A stretch of 64,000 nucleotides of DNA from Candidatus Helarchaeota archaeon (lineage in GTDB: Archaea > Asgardarchaeota > Lokiarchaeia > Helarchaeales > RDOG01). Both the position numbers and the translations under genes were made by a program. The stretch lies in contig JAHPZH010000007.1 in NCBI GenBank assembly GCA_019058315.1, positions 128,001-192,000 of the forward strand, read 5' to 3'. Of the stretch, positions 30,945-41,059 are shown in pieces (the first letter of the stretch is position 1; each line of letters starts with the position of its first letter). Under the pieces are notes generated by a model. The model made no database searches and had not been told where the DNA came from. It saw only the letters and a program-made list of their open reading frames with translations.

Positions 30945-32162
30945 TTATTTTTCCAATATATGTATCATTTGTTTTGTTCCAGAAGCAGATTGTTCATGTA
31001 ATAAAGCAATTTTTGGGTTATTTTCTACTTGGTTTCTTCCTTTACCATTTAATTGATCAACTAATTGAACCAATCTACTCAATCCAGCTACACCCGGTAC
31101 ATTTCCATAAATATAAGTGCTTCCACAAGGATTTAATATAAAAGATCCACCTGTATCATTTTCATAAATTATATGTTTATTTCCGTAATCATCAGGTAAT
31201 GCTTTTAATTTATTTGAGATTTTTGGAAGTGCTGGATATTCTAAAATTTCTAATCCTTCCAAAGCTAATGGACCAACAATAGTGACTTTTGTATCCACAC
31301 TTACTAAATCCAAATCATTTGGAGTAATTTGTGCCTTTTCATAGGCAATATTTGCTGCTCTACTTAAAGCAGGGTAATGAAAAATATTATTTTGATTCCA
31401 AAATTCTGAGGGTCCAGTAGTACTCACTGAAGCTTTAATATAGATAGGTGATTTATATTCTCGAGCCCTTTCTACAGAGGTTAATAGAATAGCAGCCGCA
31501 CCATCATTTTTAGTAGAAGCGAAGTCATAAAATGTTAAAGGATCATAATATAATCTACTATCTGCATTTTCTTTTAAGTAATTAAATTGTGATAATTTCT
31601 TTGGACCTCTTGTCGCATTATATTTATCATTAATTGCGATTGATATAAGATCTTTATGAGTAGTTTTTGTTTCATGTAAATATTTGGAAGCTAAAGTTGC
31701 ATATACATTTTGCCACTTCCAATTCCATAGCCTTAAATTGGGATCTATGCTCTTATCGGAAACATCAACTGTATATTGTTGGTCAGAGCGTTTATCGCAA
31801 CCAGCTACAATTACAAATTCACATTCATTTGATTTAATCGCACTTATAGCAGCATTTAAAGCCTCACTGCCTTTTGAAAAACCATGCATTCTTGACATTA
31901 TCCCAAAATTAGAAGCAAAAATTGACTCCCATGCCAATTGACCTTTTTTCCCAATAACTGCAGATGCAGTAGCACTTGATAAGAATATTCCATCAAAATC
32001 TTTTCTATGAAATCTTTTCTTTGATTCTAATTCAACTTTAGTAACCAAACCCATAGCAGCGGTTGCGGCTAGTTCTTCAAATGAAATTAGATATTCTTCT
32101 CTACAAGGAACTAAATAAGTTCCAATTATAGCCGCATCTGAATTTTTAATATTTCTTTCCAT
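30945..32162 (-). CDS. Thiolase-fold protein lacking catalytic Cys/His residues
   Basis: Archaeal/SCP2-type thiolase scaffold (DPLT, DGAAAILL, AYEKAQI, NPCG, QL...RNQV); ACASG, EVHDCF and GH.GATG motifs degenerate. Confidence 0.8.
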   Translation of the reverse strand: MERNIKNSDAAIIGTYLVPCREEYLISFEELAATAAMGLVTKVELESKKRFHRKDFDGIFLSSATASAVIGKKGQLAWESIFASNFGIMSRMHGFSKGSEALNAAISAIKSNECEFVIVAGCDKRSDQQYTVDVSDKSIDPNLRLWNWKWQNVYATLASKYLHETKTTHKDLISIAINDKYNATRGPKKLSQFNYLKENADSRLYYDPLTFYDFASTKNDGAAAILLTSVERAREYKSPIYIKASVSTTGPSEFWNQNNIFHYPALSRAANIAYEKAQITPNDLDLVSVDTKVTIVGPLALEGLEILEYPALPKISNKLKALPDDYGNKHIIYENDTGGSFILNPCGSTYIYGNVPGVAGLSRLVQLVDQLNGKGRNQVENNPKIALLHEQSASGTKQMIHILEK

Positions 32163-32181
32163 TATTTTAACCTATTTAATT

Positions 32182-33234
32182 TTATATATCTCTAAATTGA
32201 ACAAAATCTACCAAATTCGAAAAAAATTGATTAGTACTTTTAGTAAATTTTATTTTATCGAGGACCTTTCTTGCTTGATTCACGATATCCAAAGCTTTTT
32301 GTTTCGTATGTTCAAGAGCTTTAGTATCTTTAAATATTTGCTTAACAGTTTTAATTTCCTTTTCTGTAATTTCAGGTTTACCTAATAATTCTTGCAATCT
32401 ATCATCCTTTTTATTTGCATAAATTGTAAGTAGGGTCTTTTTACCCTCCCTAATATCACTATCAGTAGGCTTTCCAATCTTCTGCTTCTTACCAAACACT
32501 CCTAAAATATCATCTCGTATTTGAAAAGCTTTTCCCAATAATAAAGCAAACTGACTTAAAAGTGATTTATCTCTTTCAGATTTATCACCTAATAATGCTC
32601 CTATTAGAATTGATTTTTCAAAAAGGGCTGATGTCTTACCTTCAATCATGGCCATATAATCCTTTTCTGAAACCATTTTTAAAGGTAAGTTCTGTAAATA
32701 GGTTTCATACAAAACGCCATTAATAATATCCCGATAAGCTTGCTGATAATAAGTAACAGCCTTTTTAATGATATTGGTAGAAAAATTTGATGATAAGATA
32801 GGCTCAAAGCCCATATCTAATAAATAATCACCACCCAAGATACCCATTGTAACCCCAAAATCTTTCTGTTGTGATGATTGACTTAAATTATAATCAAACC
32901 ATTGTTGATAAGCCACATGAAAGCTGGGTTGTCCTCGCCGTGTCACATCATGGTCAATTATATCATCATGAATTAAAGATGCATTATGTAGTAACTCTAC
33001 ACAAATGGATAATTTATGAATTGCTTCTAGACTTCTTCCACCTTTCCCCTCATATGCAGCGATTAAAGCAATAGGTCTTAGTCTCTTACCTCCTGCTAAA
33101 ATAAACTGCTTTAAATCTGAATAATATTTAATAATAAATGGATTTTTTTCGGGAATCATCTTTTTAAAAAAGAAAATTCCAATTTCCACATCAATTATCT
33201 CTTTCTCATCTTTCAGAACTTTTTGAAAATCCAT
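32182..33234 (-). CDS. idsA: Geranylgeranyl diphosphate synthase / polyprenyl synthetase
   Basis: GGKRLRP, HDDIID...RRG, KT, FQIRDDILG, GKKT. Confidence 0.93.
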   Translation of the reverse strand: MDFQKVLKDEKEIIDVEIGIFFFKKMIPEKNPFIIKYYSDLKQFILAGGKRLRPIALIAAYEGKGGRSLEAIHKLSICVELLHNASLIHDDIIDHDVTRRGQPSFHVAYQQWFDYNLSQSSQQKDFGVTMGILGGDYLLDMGFEPILSSNFSTNIIKKAVTYYQQAYRDIINGVLYETYLQNLPLKMVSEKDYMAMIEGKTSALFEKSILIGALLGDKSERDKSLLSQFALLLGKAFQIRDDILGVFGKKQKIGKPTDSDIREGKKTLLTIYANKKDDRLQELLGKPEITEKEIKTVKQIFKDTKALEHTKQKALDIVNQARKVLDKIKFTKSTNQFFSNLVDFVQFRDI

Positions 33235-33376
33235 TATATTTCACATAAATTATTAAAACAATTACTTAATCATATAAAGAAATAATTATATTTAGAGTAT
33301 GGTTAACTTATTTAAAATTAATCCTTTTACCACTCCAAATCCAATTCATTATTAAAATTAATAAATTTGAATTATA

Positions 33377-34438
33377 TCACTCAATGACACCAGTATTTTT
33401 CGCTAAATGCTCAGCAGCATCTGCAGTAAGTCCCGAATTTATAATTGTGTACCTATCACGCATTTTATGAGCTATAGTGAGAGCTTCTATTATTTTATCA
33501 TCTTTTACTCTCAGTTCTTTCGCATTTATAGGTGCTTTTACATATTGTAAAGCTTTTTTAATTTGTTGCCAATCCCCATCATGTAAATACATCATCATTA
33601 TTGTTCCAACCCCGCATTGTTCACCATGTAATGCATATTCAGATCCTAAGAAATCTAATGCATGAGAAAATAAATGTTCACTTCCGCTTGCAGGTCTTGA
33701 AGATCCAGCCACTGAAATTGCGATACTTGAAGTTATTAAAGCTTCAAGGACGGTTCTTACACTTTCCTCTGTTGGTTTTATCTTTTCATAATTTTGTAAA
33801 AGCATCTCTGCAGATTGTTGTGACAACATTGCGGCAAAATGCCCATAATATTCATTTTTAATCCTGTGGGCAAATTTCCAATCTAATACAGCGGTTAGAT
33901 TTGCTAAAATATCACCAACTCCCGCAGTTAATAACCTAAACGGTGCTTTCGAGATAATTTCTGTATCAGCTAGAATTGCAATTGGTGTTTGTGCAACTAC
34001 TGTGTGTTCTTGTTCCATACCTTTAACAGAAGCAAATGGGGACGCAATTCCATCATGTGATAATGTGGTTGGAACACTAATAAATGGGAGACCTAATTCA
34101 TTACTTGCCAATTTTGCTATATCAATGTTTTTTCCCCCTCCAACCCCTAAAACAAGATCTGGTTTAACCTCAATCATTTCATCTTGACACCAATTAACAT
34201 AACCCATATTTGCTTCTTTAACTTCCATGAAACTTACATTATATTTCTCGTCCTCTAATGTATGCATTAATCTATTCCCAGCAATTTTCAATGTGGTTGG
34301 TCCAGTTACAATAAAAATAGTTCTCTTACCGTTATGAGAATGGAAACCCAATTTTTCGCAAAGTTCCCCAATTTTATCTAATACACCATGTCCTATTATT
34401 ATTTTTGATGGTAGATTAATTTTATGTGCTGGAATCAT
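33377..34438 (-). CDS. egsA: Glycerol-1-phosphate dehydrogenase [NAD(P)+]
   Basis: GGGKNID, SHDGIAS, SRPASGSEH.FSH, HGEQCG. Confidence 0.97.
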   Translation of the reverse strand: MIPAHKINLPSKIIIGHGVLDKIGELCEKLGFHSHNGKRTIFIVTGPTTLKIAGNRLMHTLEDEKYNVSFMEVKEANMGYVNWCQDEMIEVKPDLVLGVGGGKNIDIAKLASNELGLPFISVPTTLSHDGIASPFASVKGMEQEHTVVAQTPIAILADTEIISKAPFRLLTAGVGDILANLTAVLDWKFAHRIKNEYYGHFAAMLSQQSAEMLLQNYEKIKPTEESVRTVLEALITSSIAISVAGSSRPASGSEHLFSHALDFLGSEYALHGEQCGVGTIMMMYLHDGDWQQIKKALQYVKAPINAKELRVKDDKIIEALTIAHKMRDRYTIINSGLTADAAEHLAKNTGVIE

Positions 34439-34471
34439 TTTTTTCTTACTCCTTGTTAATGTTCTTTTAAA

Positions 34472-35377
34472 TCACCATGGCAAAATTATATTTCTAAATG
34501 GATTTGGATCTGGTAATAATAAACCTGGAAATCCAAGTAAAAATGAAAATAACCCAATAAACATTCCAAATTTTAATATTCTTTTAACAAAATGGGCATT
34601 TTCGGAAGAATCCGGATTTCTTAAGAGTAATATTATAGAAATAATCATAATTGAGTCCACTCCTCCTAAAGCAACAAATAAATATATTTCATTAAATAAT
34701 TTGAAGAAATATGGAAGAGGGGAAAGAATTATTGTGAATATTAAAAATAAAACTGCCAAATATGATCCGTTTTTTCTACCAAGTAAAACTGCTAATGTTT
34801 TAACGCCCTCTTCTTTATCTCCAACATAATCGTCAACACCTTTTGTTATTTCACGACCAATATTCATTACAAAAGCCAATAAAGCTGCCCAGAAAGAAAA
34901 TTCAATTTTATTTAATGCCGCCCCACCTAATAAGAGACAAAAAGAGGTGAGCAAACCAATTGTAATATTTCCTATAAATCCTAATTTTTTGAATTTTAAA
35001 GAATATGCAGCAATAAATACAGAACCAATTAATAAAATTAATATTGCTTGAATATTTTCAGTTAAAAAAATGATTGCATCCCCTACCACAAAAAGGGCTA
35101 TAGTTAATATAAGGGCAGTATTTCTAGATATTCTTCCTGATGGAATTGCCCGCTCTGGACAATTTATTCTATCAATTTCTACATCCTTCCAATCATTTAA
35201 AGCATGACCTGCAGAAGCAGTTAAAAATGCGGCTAGGAAGCAAATTAAAACGTTAAATAAATTCCTTTCGAGATTAAACAAGAAACCACTTGCTATGGCT
35301 CCAATCAAAACTCCAATGGCTGCTCCTATACCATTTAGAGGGCGCATAATCTGAAAAGCACCCTTTACTGCTTCCAT
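34472..35377 (-). CDS. Digeranylgeranylglyceryl phosphate synthase (UbiA family)
   Basis: RPLN, NDWKDVEIDRIN.PER.IPSG, REITK..DD..GD; lipid cluster context. Confidence 0.9.
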   Translation of the reverse strand: MEAVKGAFQIMRPLNGIGAAIGVLIGAIASGFLFNLERNLFNVLICFLAAFLTASAGHALNDWKDVEIDRINCPERAIPSGRISRNTALILTIALFVVGDAIIFLTENIQAILILLIGSVFIAAYSLKFKKLGFIGNITIGLLTSFCLLLGGAALNKIEFSFWAALLAFVMNIGREITKGVDDYVGDKEEGVKTLAVLLGRKNGSYLAVLFLIFTIILSPLPYFFKLFNEIYLFVALGGVDSIMIISIILLLRNPDSSENAHFVKRILKFGMFIGLFSFLLGFPGLLLPDPNPFRNIILPW

Positions 35378-35378
35378 A

Positions 35379-36728
35379 TTAATCTATCCCACATATTTGA
35401 TAAACATTTTGATAAATATTTGTAATATGAGAAATCCAATTGTCTAATTTATCAGGAGATTTGGGAAAATTTCTATACATTGATTTAATCGTTTTCATCT
35501 CCTTTGCAACTTTTCTCAACTTATTTAATAAAGATAATTTTCTAATACCCCTAAATACTCTCTTTATCTTATCTGTAATTCTTAATTTAAATTCCTTACC
35601 TAAGGATGCATTTAAAATGTCTTCTTCAGTCATTATTTTATGTGACATTCCATAATTAAGATCCTGGTCGTCCATTAATTGTAATAATATCCTAAATAAG
35701 TCCAAACCAGCTTGTTTAGCCCCATACCCCTTCATATACTCTAAATTATAATTCCATAAAGATTTTTTGCTAGTATCTTCTTTCTCTAATGCTGAAATTA
35801 CAGTTTTTCCTGCGATAACTCCTGCTTGCATACTAGGACCAATCCCTCCACCATGAATCGGGTTTACTTGACAAGCAGAATCTCCCACCAATACTAGCCC
35901 ATCATCAACCAGACTGTATATTGGTCTACGAGTCGGAACAACTCCACCTCCACCTTTAATGAGAGTTGAATTTTCAAATAAAGGGTCATTTAGGACATGT
36001 GTTTGAAATAATGTTTTTGGATTTTTATGATCCGGAATCATCTGGACACCCAAACCCGAGTTAACCCTCGAATCACCTTCAGGAAATATCCAATAATATC
36101 CACCAGGAGCAAAACTAGAAGTTAAATATATTTTACAGTGTTGAGTATTTTCTAAACCCGAATTTAAATCACGAATCTCTCGATAACAAACCTCCACTTC
36201 GGTAGGTTGAATTTTATCATCATAAAACATTTTAATTTTATTTCTAATTACTGCATGGAATCCACTTGCATCTATAATGATTGATGCAATTAATTTTTGC
36301 TTCGTATTTTCTTTTAAATTTTTAATATGCACTCCCCATCCATTGTCAGTAATTGGCTCTAAGACTAATGCCTCATCAATTAATGTGACTCCTGCATCTA
36401 TTGCCTCATTAACTAATCTCTGTCCGAATAAATGTCGGTTTATTATAAACCCATCTCCAGGAACTGTAAACACAGTTTCTTTATCTGGAGATATTAATTC
36501 AATGGCGGTAATTGTATTCTCTAATTCCTCACCCTTTGGCGGTCCTAATATTCCACTTAAATCTTCAAAATGATGCTGACCTATGGCATCACCACAAACT
36601 TTGTCTCCTATATTAATTCTTGGTTTCTGATCTATCATACAAACGTTAAAGCCTGCTTTTGCAATTGTTTTTGCAGTTAATGAGCCCGCAGTTCCCGAGC
36701 CGACAATAATAACATCAAATGTAGCCAT
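35379..36728 (-). CDS. Geranylgeranyl reductase family flavoprotein
   Basis: GSGTAG, VCGDA, IDASG, PGGYYWIFP, VGDSA..VNPIHGGGI. Confidence 0.92.
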   Translation of the reverse strand: MATFDVIIVGSGTAGSLTAKTIAKAGFNVCMIDQKPRINIGDKVCGDAIGQHHFEDLSGILGPPKGEELENTITAIELISPDKETVFTVPGDGFIINRHLFGQRLVNEAIDAGVTLIDEALVLEPITDNGWGVHIKNLKENTKQKLIASIIIDASGFHAVIRNKIKMFYDDKIQPTEVEVCYREIRDLNSGLENTQHCKIYLTSSFAPGGYYWIFPEGDSRVNSGLGVQMIPDHKNPKTLFQTHVLNDPLFENSTLIKGGGGVVPTRRPIYSLVDDGLVLVGDSACQVNPIHGGGIGPSMQAGVIAGKTVISALEKEDTSKKSLWNYNLEYMKGYGAKQAGLDLFRILLQLMDDQDLNYGMSHKIMTEEDILNASLGKEFKLRITDKIKRVFRGIRKLSLLNKLRKVAKEMKTIKSMYRNFPKSPDKLDNWISHITNIYQNVYQICGID

Positions 36729-37009
36729 TCTGTCAATTCCAAATTTTTTTATCGTAAAAAAAAATTAATTTTGTGGAATATATTTCAAAAAAAGCTTTAA
36801 AAATCTCTATCATACCAAAAAAAAATATTTTAAAATTATAAAATATAGCGAAAAACCTTTAATTTATGATTAATTCAAAAAATTTTCAATTTTAATTGGT
36901 CTAAATGGATCTAAAGTTAATTTATTCTAATATCAAAAAGAAGTGTTTAGTTAAATAAAAAATATTTTAATGAAAGTTTTTATTAATTTTAAAGTAATTT
37001 AGGCTTTCA

Positions 37010-38092
37010 CTAAAGAGAATCAATCAGTCCTTTCCAGTCAACGTGTTTTTCAATCAATTCTTGAGCCAATTTAATTTTTTCTTTGTTTTCTAAAGATATA
37101 TATCCTTGAGCATTAGCAAGAAGTCTGGCAGTTGTGTTCGTGTCATAGGGCACAAGAATTATAGGGACATTTAGTTCTCTTGCTTTGACCAAAATTGTTA
37201 CTGGTGGATAAAGATTTCCTGTACAAATAAGTACATTAAATTGTTTTGTTTCTAAAGCAGCAGTTAATAGATCTGGTCTATCTCCTCCTGTTATTAAGCA
37301 ATTATCCACAGTCCTTCTGAAATATTTTATTGCATTCTCTGGGTTCATTGCTCCAACAAGTAGATTTTGAACTAATTTTAATCTAGCCTCTTTAGTATCC
37401 GCTTCAATGATCGAACCACCTATAATTGAAAAAATATCGTCAACAGTTGGAGAAATTAATTTTGATTCAATTGGTATTATACCCCACGTTTTAAGTCCTG
37501 TTTGATTCTTTATGACTGGAATAAATTCGGATTTTATAGTTTTAACCGCATGTGAACTTACATTATTAAACAAAATACCAGCTAACTCTGCTTTATTTAG
37601 ACTAAAATATTCTTTTTGTAAGAAAATATCATCTAATAGTGTATATTCCTCTCCATTAGTAATTACAAGACTTTTAGCTTGCAAAAATTTTCCAAAAACT
37701 GGATTACATAGTCCTAATACCGCCATATCTTGATTTCTCTGTTGTCCTTCTATGATCATAATATCGTAATTCGCAGATACTCTTTCAAATGTATCAACTA
37801 TTTTTTGAATTGTCTCCTTTCTTTTTTCTTTTGACAATACTTGAAGAATGAATTCCCTACTTAAAAGGACAGGACATAGATCTTCTGGAGATTCTTTCAA
37901 ATCTAACAAAGCTTTCATCATCATTGCATCATTATCTTGAATTACTTTACCAGTTGGAGTCTCCTTTTTGCGCCCTATAGGTTTGAAGTATCCTACTTTA
38001 TGACCTGCTTTTTTCAACAATAGAGAAAGACCTACGATAACTGCTGTTTTTCCCGAAAATCTCCTTGGTGATGTAATAAATAATTTCTTTAT
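37010..38092 (-). CDS. Phosphotransacetylase N-terminal-like protein (BioD-like P-loop + DRTGG); start extended to ATA at 38092
   Basis: In-frame KKLFITSPRRFSGKT lies upstream of the track start at 38020; GYFKP, IIEG, VGAM, ITGGDR. Confidence 0.85.
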   Translation of the reverse strand: MKKLFITSPRRFSGKTAVIVGLSLLLKKAGHKVGYFKPIGRKKETPTGKVIQDNDAMMMKALLDLKESPEDLCPVLLSREFILQVLSKEKRKETIQKIVDTFERVSANYDIMIIEGQQRNQDMAVLGLCNPVFGKFLQAKSLVITNGEEYTLLDDIFLQKEYFSLNKAELAGILFNNVSSHAVKTIKSEFIPVIKNQTGLKTWGIIPIESKLISPTVDDIFSIIGGSIIEADTKEARLKLVQNLLVGAMNPENAIKYFRRTVDNCLITGGDRPDLLTAALETKQFNVLICTGNLYPPVTILVKARELNVPIILVPYDTNTTARLLANAQGYISLENKEKIKLAQELIEKHVDWKGLIDSL

Positions 38093-40224
38093 TTTTGTTC
38101 ATCTCCTATACTTAATGTGATTTTAACATCTAAAGCAACAGATTTTTTACCTTTTTCAAATACAAATAAAGGATTTACATCCAATTCATTAATAATGGGA
38201 TAATCTTTACATAATTTTCCAACTCTACAAATGACATCTACTAAAGAATCGATGTCTGAGGGTGGTTCTCCCCTAGCTCCTTTTAATAATGAATATACTT
38301 TTGTTTCACTAACCATTTTAAAGGCTTCTTTTTTACTTAATCCCTTATGATTTAAGCGAAATGCAACATCCTGGAGGAAATTTACATAAATACCTCCTAA
38401 TCCAGTCATTATTAAAGGACCAAATTGAGGGTCTCTATTCATACCAATAATTATTTCTTTAAAATTAGGTATATCGACCATCTCTTGAACTTCAATACCA
38501 TAAATTTGTGCAGTTGGCATTGCTCTTGTAACTCTGCTCATTATAGTTTTATATGTATTCCTAACTTCTTGAGCATCCTTAATCTTAATAACAACTCCAC
38601 CTATATCCGACTTATGAAGTATTTGTGGTGAACAAATTTTCATTACTACTGGATATCCAAATTTTTCTGCAACTGATACAGCCTCATCGGCGGATGTTGT
38701 AAGCTGTACTTTAGGAACTGGTATTCCGTATGCTGAAGCTATGTTAACTGCTTCGGGTTCGAGCAATACAAGTCTATTATCATCTCTAACACTTTTAAAT
38801 ATCCGATCTACTTTTGCTCGATCAATACTATCAAATTCAGCGGGTGGATCTTTTGCCTTAAGTTCCTCTTGATAATCAAAATAGAGTGATAAACCTTTTA
38901 AAGCTCTAACTCCCCTTTCTGGAAAATCATAACATGGAATATTTGCTTTAGAGAGGATTTCCGCACCTTCTTCCACACTCTTTCCTCCCATATATGCCGT
39001 AACTATAGGTTTATCCTTAAAACTTGGAGCAATTTTAACTACTTTATTTGAAGTTTCTTTAAATTCGGTCATTGCTTGAGGAGACATAAGAATTATTACC
39101 ATATGAACGTGTTCGTCTTCTAAACAAGTTTTTAGGGCAAATTCATATCGATCGCTGTCTGCATCTCCTAACACATCAACAGGATTTAGAACTGCTGCTG
39201 CAGCTGGAAGTCCCTCATGTAATTTATTAATTGTTTCTGTTAAAAATCCAGCAACTCTTAATTGATTCTTCTCAACAGCATCAGTACATATGATGCCTGG
39301 TCCACCGGCATTAGTAATAATTGCTACTCCCTTGCCTTTAGGAATTGGTTGATTTGATAAAGCAATAGCGTAATCAAATAGACTTTGCATATCATCTGCA
39401 CGTATAACCCCTGTTTGTTTAAAAGCCATCTCATAAGCGATATCTGCACCAGCAAGCGCTCCGGTATGTGATGATGCGGCTTTTGCTCCTGCGCTTGATG
39501 TACCCGATTTTAAGATTACAATAGGCTTTTTTGAGTTTTCTGCTACATCTAGAAATTTCTCTCCATTAACTATATTTTCAAGATATAGAAGAATGACTTT
39601 AGTTTCTGGATCTTTTGAAAGGGCTTCAACAAAATCGACTGAATTTAAATCTGCTTTATTTCCTAAAGAAATGAATTTACTAAAACCTATACCTTCTTGT
39701 AAACTCCAATCTAATATGGAAGTAAGCATTGCCCCTGATTGCGATATAAAAGCAATAGAACCCTTAAGCGGGGCTCTTGGAGCAAAGGTAGCATTTAATA
39801 ATGTTTTAGAACCATAACTAGTTAATCCCAAAACATTTGGTCCCAACATTCTAATTCCATATTCCTTACAGATTGAAACCAGCTTCTTTTCAAGTTCTGC
39901 TCCCTCAACACCAATTTCCTTGAATCCTGCAGATATCACAATTACTGCAGTAATCTTTTTTCGACCACATTGTTCTAATACACTTGGAACAAACTTAGCT
40001 GGAATAATAATCACTGCAAGGTCAACGTTATCTGGGACATCTTCAACAGATGGATAAGCTTTTTTTCCTAAAATTTCAGTAGCTTTGGGGTTAATTGGAT
40101 AAATTTTCCCACTATAACCGCCTTGAATTATATTGTTAAGAACGGCATATCCTACTTTAGCGGGGTTACTCGATGCTCCAATAACAGCTACTGATTCTGG
40201 ATTGAAAAACTTATCTATAATCAT
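38089..40224 (-). CDS. acd: Acetate-CoA ligase (ADP-forming), fused alpha-beta
   Basis: VAVIGAS, GPN, SQSG, SHTGALAG phospho-His, NPVD, HKSDIGGV ATP-grasp, DVNP. Confidence 0.93.
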   Translation of the reverse strand: MIIDKFFNPESVAVIGASSNPAKVGYAVLNNIIQGGYSGKIYPINPKATEILGKKAYPSVEDVPDNVDLAVIIIPAKFVPSVLEQCGRKKITAVIVISAGFKEIGVEGAELEKKLVSICKEYGIRMLGPNVLGLTSYGSKTLLNATFAPRAPLKGSIAFISQSGAMLTSILDWSLQEGIGFSKFISLGNKADLNSVDFVEALSKDPETKVILLYLENIVNGEKFLDVAENSKKPIVILKSGTSSAGAKAASSHTGALAGADIAYEMAFKQTGVIRADDMQSLFDYAIALSNQPIPKGKGVAIITNAGGPGIICTDAVEKNQLRVAGFLTETINKLHEGLPAAAAVLNPVDVLGDADSDRYEFALKTCLEDEHVHMVIILMSPQAMTEFKETSNKVVKIAPSFKDKPIVTAYMGGKSVEEGAEILSKANIPCYDFPERGVRALKGLSLYFDYQEELKAKDPPAEFDSIDRAKVDRIFKSVRDDNRLVLLEPEAVNIASAYGIPVPKVQLTTSADEAVSVAEKFGYPVVMKICSPQILHKSDIGGVVIKIKDAQEVRNTYKTIMSRVTRAMPTAQIYGIEVQEMVDIPNFKEIIIGMNRDPQFGPLIMTGLGGIYVNFLQDVAFRLNHKGLSKKEAFKMVSETKVYSLLKGARGEPPSDIDSLVDVICRVGKLCKDYPIINELDVNPLFVFEKGKKSVALDVKITLSIGDEQK

Positions 40225-40309
40225 TTTTCAAAAATCCTTAATAATTTAACAAAACTGGGTTTTTTAAAATTTAAATCTTTTTTAACACACTAATTTAAAT
40301 GAATTATTA

Positions 40310-40951
40310 TTATTTTATTTGGATTGGGATATAATAAACAATATTATTTTCATTTATTGAATTAATGAAATTGAATTCTAATAATTTTTTGATATGTGGT
40401 CTTATTTGACCATGATCTAAATTTAAAATTCTCTCTAGTTCAGAAAGTCTTAATTTCTTATGGAGTTTAATTTGATGATAAATTAACTTTGTTCTTAAAT
40501 TCTTAAATAATAGTATTTCCATATCAAATTCTTCATTTGTATCAGATAAAAAATAAACTTTTTTATTCATGAATTTCTTACTTCGAAGGAAATCGAACAT
40601 TTCTAAGTATTCAAGATTTCTGAACGTTTCATAAGCACCAAGATTAAGTTCTTCCCTAATCTCCCTTACATGAGTTCCAGGATGTTCCAATATGTAATAA
40701 TATATTCTCCTACGATTTTTATTATTTAATATATTTTTCTTTGTTAAATTAAGACCTTCAATTAAATATTTCTTTTCAAATAGTTGATTTAAAGCAATGT
40801 AAATTTCTTCTTTTGAATAACTCAATTGAGAAACTGCTTCTTCAAATAAATTTTCAGCTCTTATTGCCTTCTTTTTTCCTCCTAAATCTGTCGCAATAAT
40901 TAAAATTAGTCTTTCAATAACCCCAAGCTCTTCTAAAAACAAATTAAACAC
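40310..40951 (-). CDS. Multi-winged-helix transcriptional regulator
   Basis: NRRRIYYYILEHPG.H..EI...L; further wHTH LRLSELERIL...H...L. Confidence 0.8.
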   Translation of the reverse strand: MFNLFLEELGVIERLILIIATDLGGKKKAIRAENLFEEAVSQLSYSKEEIYIALNQLFEKKYLIEGLNLTKKNILNNKNRRRIYYYILEHPGTHVREIREELNLGAYETFRNLEYLEMFDFLRSKKFMNKKVYFLSDTNEEFDMEILLFKNLRTKLIYHQIKLHKKLRLSELERILNLDHGQIRPHIKKLLEFNFINSINENNIVYYIPIQIK

Positions 40952-41059
40952 TCGTTTATTGTTATTTAGAATTGGAATTTTCCATTTAAAAAATTTTATG
41001 TAATTGCAATAGTTGAAATCTTATTTTACTAAAATAAAGAGATAAAAAAATAATTAATT

